DNA of 63,624 nucleotides, counting the filler, from Sphacelaria rigidula (lineage: Eukaryota), in the NCBI GenBank assembly GCA_964200075.2. It is 8 parts of 8 records of this genome, joined end to end, with 100 filler letters (N's around TTAATTAATTAA, not from the genome) between each part and the next. Parts side by side here need not be neighbours in the genome. Positions count along the whole stretch, not along the records: positions 47,795 to 55,659 come from CAXNAA020013173.1; positions 55,760 to 63,624 come from CAXNAA020013174.1; 6 more parts are not named here. One strand, given 5' to 3'. This document shows, in pieces, positions 54,997 through 63,624 of the stretch. Within the stretch, counting starts at the first letter, position 1; the number at the start of each line of letters is the position of its first letter. Both the position numbers and the translations under genes were made by a program. A model generated the notes under the pieces. That model was not told the origin of the DNA, made no database searches, and was given only the letters and a program-made list of their open reading frames with translations.

Positions 54997-57900
54997 CTAT
55001 CCTCCGACATGCACCAACGTAAACAGCAATAGTAACGAAAAAGCACACATTCAGGGTAAATCAATGAATTATTACAAACAGAAAGAATCATCACACGATG
55101 AACCGACACAGGGAAAATGTTGGGCGGAGTTGAGATGGCTTACAAACACATACCCTTGACACTCACACATGGGCTGTCCCTGTGGGAGTATTGTGACGGC
55201 ACAAAAGAAACAAACAAAGAGATGAACAAGCATTGCTACAGACAGTACCCCTGGCGGAAATGCTTGGGATGGAGGATGATACATTCGGCAACAAGTGTTC
55301 GCTCATAATACGTGCAACATCCCCAGAGCAACTCGGAGTTAAATCACCCTGTAGCGGAGACGGATATACGAGTGTAGTTCTTCCAACGCCCTTGTCTTCC
55401 GAGTGGATGCTCTTGTTTTTTTCTCGCCAGCTACCCGAAAAATACCCGAAAAATTGTGACTTGTTGTGAAAATAGAATCTATTTATATGTTATATATGTT
55501 TCAGATATGTGTTGCGGTCAGCAACCCTGGATACAAAAAATATCATCTCCAAGCATACCGCAACAAAAACTCAAGTACCCCCCCCCTCGGGTTAGACACC
55601 CATGAGGCAGTGTATAAGCCGTGGCTGTCTCTGGAAGTGGCGATACCACAGAATAAAGCNNNNNNNNNNNNNNNNNNNNNNNNNNNNNNNNNNNNNNNNN
55701 NNNTTAATTAATTAANNNNNNNNNNNNNNNNNNNNNNNNNNNNNNNNNNNNNNNNNNNNTAACCCTAACCATAGAGATGTTCAAATTCCGATGCGGTCCT
55801 CTAAGCACGCGATCCTCTCACGCATTACACCCCCAACTGGGATGTGGCAGACCGTCTGTTGTCCTTGTTTTGCAGACGTCGGGTGAAATCAAAGACTGCA
55901 ATAACACCCCCAGCTTCCGATTATTAGATCTTGCCGCAAGGACGCAGTCGTCCTTGCTCGCATGTGTGTGAAAGAGAACAGTACAGTAGTGGTGACGGGA
56001 ACACCACCCTGCTTTTCGACGATGTGTTCTACTGCGCACAGAGGCACTTCCTGTCCAAGCAGAGAGGCAGAGAGAAATCGACCATTGGACTGGTCAGCGC
56101 TACAGACAGGCGACGACAACCGGGGCATCCCGCGATCTTGTTTCCGCGGCTGTGCTACAATAACCCGTCTGTCCACACATGGAAACTTGGGTATCTGCTG
56201 GTACTATAACATGATGCCAACCTCCGCAGCGGTTGGGAGTCGCCGAACGAGGACACACAAAGGACATCGGCGAGGATCTTCCTCTCCGTCGTTGCTCCTC
56301 TGGTGATATCGTCATCGAAACGCGTGTGCACGGCATTCATTTGGTACATCTAACCACACCGGCGTAACTGCAACGTAAAGTCTGCTCCCGAAGATGATTT
56401 CCCGTGGTGATGCTGCTTGGCGTGAATAATTCTTGATTTTTCGAATTGGGGTTAAACCCCATTTTAGTGTTCAACCCCAAACATAGAATCGGCTGTTCAG
56501 TGCTGTCTGCACACTTACGGTTGAAAACTTCCTTGTGTGTTGGCTGTTTCGTCTTCCGTAAAACGAACAAGGCGCTGCCCGCACCTATCATTACTATGCT
56601 GTAGTTATCGCTGTACTGTGGGGTGCGCCTAAAACCGCTATGAGCACGGTTTGATCTGCGCTGGAGAATGCCTGCGCCGTTGTACTGCTGCCGTGTTCCG
56701 GTCGGTATGGAGTTGGAGTGGAACCAAAGTGCAGTCTATGCAAAGTTGAAAAATCGCGTGATGACTGTGCAGCTGTTCGTTGTGTCTTTTTAATTTATAC
56801 TTCAGTTGTAGTCGAGTGCTATGATCGGAGTAGACACACAAAGCGGATGCCAGCAGGTTGGAACAAACAAACTGAGTGAACACGGATTGTATCCTAAGCG
56901 ATAGATCATCGCAGTTGTCTGTCTCGTAGCGGCGCAACGTGTGGGCCAATCAAATCCATTTTGCAACTCACTAGAATCTCATACTGTAGTTCTCACGTGA
57001 TCAATGGAAGGTCCCCGCATTTTCGTGCTTTGAACGGCTTTATTATTATTATTATTTCCGCACTTTAGTCCGATCTCGCGAACCCGTGGTCACTGGCTTT
57101 GATTGGTCCATATATATATTGCATCTCATAACCATTGCCCCTATCTATGGGCCCTGTGTCGTTTTGGAAGCCTGGCGCAAGATCGCCTAAACTCGGGCTC
57201 GAAGAGGTTCGGCCGCACTGTTACGGTTCACGAATGGCCCACACCAGATACCACCCCCTCGCAAGACCGGCCCTTTAAAACAACGGACTCATGATAGGTA
57301 CGTTTACGGATGCGGTGGGAAGCTAAAAAGTACACGATAGGACAAAATAAAATCCCCCCCAACCCATTCAGCGCCCGGAGGTGGAAAACGCAGTAATTGC
57401 TGAGGACAGAGGATGAGGATTGGCGCTGGTGTTGCCTCATTCATGCAGGCAAGTTTCGAGCAGAGGCGGAACTTCGTTCGGCTTCATCTAGGGTCACGTG
57501 CACATCACTCTCGACCACCCGGTTTTGTCGGGAATCATTTTTTGATACAAATATTCCGGGTACGGTACTATACATCATATGACACTGTTATGCGTGCACA
57601 ACTTCAAGCCGTTATGGTGGCTCTAATATGTACCATGCAGCGGAGACGGTCGGCGGCAATTTGAGTTGGGTACTGAATAGCGGTGTAATACATCCCGGTT
57701 CGTGTAGTTGATTCCTTAGCTACCTGAGCTCATTACCAGCTGCTCATTACTGTCGAATTGACTACTCTCGCCAAAGCGGTACAACACCAATACAGTACAA
57801 CGAAGCGCTGGAGACCACTCACGGACTCCAGCCATAAATTTTCGTGCAGGAGGTATATGGTACAGGTAGTGCAGGCAGTGCAGATAGCTTCCGACAAGCT

Positions 57901-58435
57901 GTACCTCAACGGCGCACTCTCTTGCCATACAAAAGGTACGTACATCTCTGTGAATCATCAGAGTAGTGAGCGCAACAGACAATTTACCGGCAAGCGCGGA
58001 CATGACAGTAGCGGTTCTGTTCCAGTTTGATCCTCTGCATGCCGGGAGTTCAAACGGTGTACTTCTTGGATAAAGCTAACCAGAAATAAACTGGAGCACA
58101 CAACCAATTACGGGCATTGCCTACTGAGGTGCACTGTGCCGTCGTGAGGGTACTTTTATCACAGCAGTGCAGCAGTACAATACATACAAAGCACAATCGC
58201 TGAAGAAACGTACCGAGTCTGGCTATCCATTTTTGGGTGGGAGGTATGTGATACATGCGTCTTGAATATTCCCGTCTGGCCGAAAAGAAATAAACTCATC
58301 CCCCGGACAGTGGATACGTATGTTACATACGGTAAATCACAGTGCGAACGGACTGTACTCCACCACAGTACCAAGGTTGCAAGTACTCTGGAATCAGAGG
58401 CATATACCACACCCACCCACCACTCAACCTGACGT

Positions 58436-59390
58436 ACGGCCTGGCGAGAATGATGGCCATTACAGTTCACGTGTATGGGGCCTTCGGACTGACGGTGTCG
58501 GAGAAGAAGACAGAGACTCTACTAATGCGAGTACCGACAAAAATCGTCACAGAGGGGGGAGCCAACAACACCACCTCCCCCACCACTGGTCACGAAAGTA
58601 GCTGGCCAGAAGTACGCACAAACCATGATTTTCCAATACTTGAGTGGGCTCGTCACCGGAGATGGCGACCTCACACAAGAGATAAACAACCGGAGCAGAG
58701 CCGCGTGGGCGTGCATCAGAAAGTCTTCCTGGGAGCTCTTTGACCGAAAGCACCGTAAGAACTCAAGTTCAGACTAGTGAAGGCGGAGGCGATGGAGGCC
58801 CTACTGGACGAGTGCATGACGTAGGTCCCGCGCCGCGAGCACTACCGGTTGCTGAGGATGGTACACTACCGGCTCCTCCTGCAAGTTATCGGGTGCCACC
58901 GCGTGCGTGGCACATATCGACGATTGTAGTACGCCCAGGCCCTCGAGGAGACCGTACGCCAAAGTGCTGAAGCCATCGTCCGGTAACGGCGACCGCTGTT
59001 CGCGGGAGCCCTGACTATACAACCGGACGGACAACTACCGAAGCGACTGCCATTCGGAACACTCGTGGGGGGAGGAGGATCTAGGACCAGAGGAACCGGA
59101 GCACAGCTGGTAGAAATGCCTGACGGACGATTATCAAGCTTTCGGAGCCATAAACGGCTCTTACGACGACAGCCGACAGATGTTCGGAGTTAAAAAGTGC
59201 CCTCTGACCCTCAGCAGCGAAGGAGGAAGGGGGGATGCCGTGGCACGCGGAGCTGCTGCAGGGAGCGGAGAGGTTTATGACCTCTTGGCACAAGAACGTC
59301 GAGGAGGCCAGCCGACTACGTGCTCATAAACGGGATCATTGAAGAGAGCAGGGAGGAGGTGGGGAATTGCGTGCCAGCTTGTACCGAACT
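58436..59390 (+). mobile_element. Degenerate RTE-like LINE ORF2 3' half
   Basis: GLARMMAITVHVYGAFGLTVSEKKTETLLM, FQYLSGLVTGDGDLTQEINNRSRAAWAC, RLVKAEAMEALL, RRPLFAGAL...LPKRLPFG, with stops and frameshifts. Confidence 0.88.
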
Positions 59391-60140
59391 GAAGACGGCA
59401 GAAGTGGCAAGACTCCCCGTCATCCCACCTCATCTTCTTCTGTTTCCCTACTAATTGCTGACTTCCATGCACTTCCTCGAGGCGATGTGTTGTTATGTGG
59501 TGCTTTTCTTGTGATGCCTGGTACATCCGTACACATGGCTGTCCCTGTACAGGTAAAAGGATAGACCCTGCGCTTCTTGTCGCTACGGTTGGTGATCTTG
59601 GTCCCTGAAATTGGCTCACTTCGTGTTTGTCTTCGTGTGTTGAGTGGACCAATGGGCCCTGCCTCCCGTAGCGCGAATGGTCGCATATGGTATCAGAACT
59701 CAGGGGGTCAGCAGTTTTCCCCCCCTTCTCTTTTCTTTATTATCATTTCTTCTTCACTCGTTTGATTTTTTTGCACTATATTTTGAGTAATCAGTCCGTG
59801 ACTACAGAAGGCATCCGCATTAGACGCCCAGTGCATAGTACTGGGCAGATCTCGGAAGGGTTTTTAATATAAAGACAACAACAACAGCCCAACCTCCCAC
59901 CCTATCCCTCTCATATGTCTGAATAGGGGATATTGTATATTTTATGAGCAATCGAAGTAGGGCATGCTCGGCAAAGTGAAAATGTACCGGGACAGAATTC
60001 ACGCAATGAAATAAGCGGGCGAAGCCCGCAACCCAAGCCAGACCTTCAACACACAGACAGCAGTACTCAATGTGAATTGAAACAAGCGCGATTATGGCCG
60101 AGCGTTGACACTCGGCACCCGCCAAATATTGAAAACCTGT

Positions 60141-61321
60141 CAGGGGTGCACGAAAATATATTCCGCACACCTACGTACCCATTGGTTTATTTCGGACCTC
60201 TCAGGGGAGGGGGGAGGGGGGCAGGGTACTAGGCCACTGTCCCCTCCCCCTCAAAAACAAAAAGAACGCCGTAGAACTCCTTTACACCGATCCAATTCTT
60301 TTTTTTATTGTTATGATTTTTATTTGTCGCACCTTGAACCCCTCTCCTTCCTAGGGACGAGTCCGTGGTCTCAAGGGACCAACCCATCTCTCCCCGGTAT
60401 CCCATACTAATCCTGTACAAAATGGGACAGTGTCGGAGGTGGGGTATCCCCCGCTTGTCCCCTGCCCCTGATTTGCGCGCGCGGGGGGGGGGGGGGGGGG
60501 GGAGGGGAGGTAAGTAGGTACCATACAATCCATCCACGTACCGCCCCGGATACGTAGGTGCATAAGTGAAAATAAAATGAAAGAAATAAAGAATGAAGAA
60601 GTGAAGAGATAATCGATGAATAAAAGAACTACAAACTAAAATGGAAGAAAACAGAGACATTAAAAATAAATCAACCTAATTTAAATAAAAATTCAAAAAG
60701 AAAACGAGTGAAGAAATGAAAGGAAAAAGAAGAAAGAGGTGATATACAATTCAAACAACCGAGATATCAAATATAAGATAAAGATATTGGAATAAAACAA
60801 AAGAAGATAAGAAATATAATAGGCACGAAAATAATGGATAGTAAAAATATTTAACACATAATCAATAAATATAACAAGAACGAAGGCTCCCTTCGGTATG
60901 TATTTTTGAGGTTAGTGACGCTTACCATGGCATCTAGCCATCACGGTAAACACTGCACGCACTATCACCGTTGTGGGCTTATCGTCATATTTCTCTTCCG
61001 CTATTACCTATTTGCACAAGTGTTTTTATGTAAGTTGTGGTTGTTTTTTGTGACTTTTGTCGAAGGTTACCGCTGCAGGGGATGGTCGTGGTTGGGAATC
61101 GTCTCCAACCACGGCCATCGAGTATGCCCAAGCCAACCCACGGCAGCATGCAGGTGTTTTCAACAATTAGGTATTCAGCACGTGTCTGGGGGTATCGTGC
61201 ATTTTATGTACGAATCGCGAGAGGAAGGCAGAAGGAAGAAAATATCGAATGAAATAAAACATCGGCCCTCCGGGGGGGGGAGTGAGTAGGTGTGAAGAAA
61301 TTCATTTTTCGTGCACCCCTG
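60141..61321. mobile_element. Non-autonomous TIR DNA transposon (1,181 bp) with target-site duplication
   Basis: CAGGGGTGCACGAAAA...CACACCTAC at left, GTAGGTGTG...TTTTCGTGCACCCCTG at right. AACCTGT on both flanks (60134-60140, 61322-61328). Confidence 0.85.
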
Positions 61322-62865
61322 AACCTGTTCAAAATCCGAAGAAGGACTAAACTATGGTACACGTCCTGCTTCATTGTGCTGCAGCACAAACACGCTCGTG
61401 AACGCCCTTTTTCATGTGCTAAAGTTATCTCTGTGTTGTGGTGTGTTTAAGCATTGCGAGTACACGGTTTGGATTTGGATTACCTGGGCTGCGATATTGT
61501 CTTTGCGTTCGTCTGTGCAACAGATACTGCCAGTCGGCACGCAGTGCTGTCTGCACACTGTTGAAAACTCCATGGTGTCTCGGCCACTTCGTATTCCGTA
61601 AAACGAACAAGGAGCTGCCCGCTGCTGCGGCACCCTGTTTGGCACGTGCTCTACGTCGGGGCACTGTACACTGTACTACTATCTGTATTGTGTGTGAACA
61701 TATGAGAGCGAGATTGATTGGCCGTGAGAGTAGACCTCACGAACACTAAGTTTTGGACTACTCTCCTGGCGTTTCCGAAGTAGAATGGAGCGGTCTGGTT
61801 GGTAGTTCCCAAGTAAGCCTGTCCCGCTCCAAATTTAGTCTGCCAAACGTTCAAGAATCGCACGACCAGTTGGTGCCCCGGTTGATGTTCATGCCCGTTG
61901 CGTCTCTTCATATAGTGCCGCACGGCCTATGTTCAATTGCGTCCCACTGTGTCTGTAGTACAACAAAGGAAGTGTACAAGGACACCGATAGATACGTACC
62001 GAATAAGATACGGACCGAACCCCCGGGTGGTTCATGGTCACCTGTACATATTTGAGAAGAGTCGGCAGTAAATGGCATACCCTACATGGACAACCTCCAG
62101 GAGAACAGTTTCTGATTGGTCAAACCAAATAAAAAGACACATACCCATGATCTCGGTTTTTACTACACAATGAAAGTCTCCGCATGGTAAGCTGGGTCGC
62201 CAGCCCCTCATGACCGCACTGTAAGGCATCTCACACTGTACTAGTAGAGGGAAATACTTGATGTTAGTGTAGGACGTCGGACCTGCGATACGCGATTTAG
62301 ACCGCACTGCGATGAGACCTCGCATATCCTTAGACTGCATTATGGGGAGACCCGTGCTATACTGTGGACATTCACATACCACTGAAGAAGAACTCTGATC
62401 CTTGACGGTAGCACACACTGATTACACCACCCTTCTCTCCCCGCCGCCATACCCGCCAAATTTCAATGCGTTGCCTACGGTTCTTCATGTTCTGAACGCT
62501 GAATTACGGGTTGCCCTGCCAGTAAGTACAACAATTCAGTATCAAAACGCACGTACAGAACAGTAACCGCATCGTGTTTCCGTTCACTTCTTAGCGCGCC
62601 GCGATTTTGTGGTCATCACCCATCGCATACCCGTACACGATTATAATATATTGCAGGGAGGGGCTCAGCTCCGACCCAAAGAGCATTCCATGCAGATCAC
62701 CAGATAAGTTTGTGTCGAGGCGTGTGGGTGTATGGTCCCATTTGTGATATCGTGAAGGTAACAACGCGCGTATGGTCCACCGAGGTGGTCTGACGCTCAA
62801 ACTGTGGAACAGCGGAGAAATTCTACTTGCTTGCAGCCCACGAGGTAGATTTATTCCAGTGCATG

Positions 62866-63076
62866 TCACGAGACTTTGGAACGGCACGGCACGGGAAAGT
62901 CCCGTGCGCTAGAAAATCACAGGGCGGGAAATCGTACTCGTCGTCGAACAAATGACGGAACTGGGCGATTTTATCGGGTACGGCGGGACGGGAATTCAAG
63001 TCCGTTCCCGTTCTTACGGAAGCTTGTCGGAGAGAGTATCCCGTCCCGTTCCGTCCCGTCCTGACCCGTCTCGTGC
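62866..63076. mobile_element. Small MITE-like element with ACGG(G/C)/CCCGT subterminal repeats
   Basis: CACGAGAC...ACGGCACGGCACGGGA at left, TCCCGTCCCGTTCCGT...GTCTCGTG at right. Confidence 0.55.
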
Positions 63077-63624
63077 AATCGGGATTTTGTGTGTGACCTC
63101 TCCGAAACAAGCACGATGGCAACATAACATAACTTTGTACAGCGACACGCGAACACTTTCACGAGGAGGCAATCACCGGTTCTGCGTTCATCATTCCACC
63201 GCAACAGGTGAACCGACTCATAGTCCCCGGAGCCGCCACGCCCGGTGGTCTACAGTACATCAAAATGGGTCAACTGAAATCACAAGGGCGGGAAAACAAC
63301 GCGCCCTCTATTCCCGCCAGATGCATTTGGGTTTTCTCTTTACCGTAACTGATTTGCGTCTTTGGAAGCGTGAGGGCGTACGTGAGTAGTAGCAAAAACG
63401 TTTGTAGGATTTTGTTCGACGAGCGCCGACGCTGTGCAGGAGTATTAGTCATTATCCGATCCGCAATAACAAAATGCAAGGCGTGTACCAGGGGAGAGGC
63501 GGGCTGATCTCTGCAGACCACGGACTCGTCCGGCGAAGGTTGGGGAGGGCGGGGGGGTGTACTCATGATCATGCATGCCATAGTCATTAGACCATTGACC
63601 TCGCATCCCTATAAAGCCGGGATG

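Noticed and set aside
55760..55770. Telomere (TAACCCTAACC) at the start of contig 8
   Set aside because: Fewer than two full CCCTAA units; too short to distinguish from an interstitial motif.

Overview
Eukaryotic, repeat-rich, intron-rich DNA. The splice sites, intron sizes and transposon types suggest a brown alga (Phaeophyceae); this assignment is inference. The window is not one locus. It is 8 unrelated contigs of 7,865-7,866 bp joined by artificial 100-bp spacers (44 N + TTAATTAATTAA + 44 N): 1-7866, 7967-15832, 15933-23798, 23899-31764, 31865-39729, 39830-47694, 47795-55659, 55760-63624. Four partial spliced genes, all on the minus strand, can be rebuilt with phase-consistent exons: a WD40 protein (with a probable GC-AG intron), an unknown single-pass membrane protein, a PPP-family Ser/Thr phosphatase and the 3' half of an ABCC/MRP transporter. 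There is also an isolated PARP/ADP-ribosyltransferase-like exon. The rest is decayed Gypsy and LINE elements, tRNA-derived SINEs, MITEs and tandem repeats. Most notable: (i) a ~470-bp poly(C)-tailed non-autonomous retroelement that shares its 3' end with a LINE in the window, lacks a tRNA head and has a covarying 5' stem; (ii) contig 1 has an exact 127-bp terminal overlap with a Gypsy integrase remnant reading through the join, i.e. a 7,739-bp circle or tandem unit; (iii) the PARP-like exon lies between two copies of a TIR element. No prokaryotic system or CRISPR array is supported. All family assignments are by eye from motifs; no database search was run.
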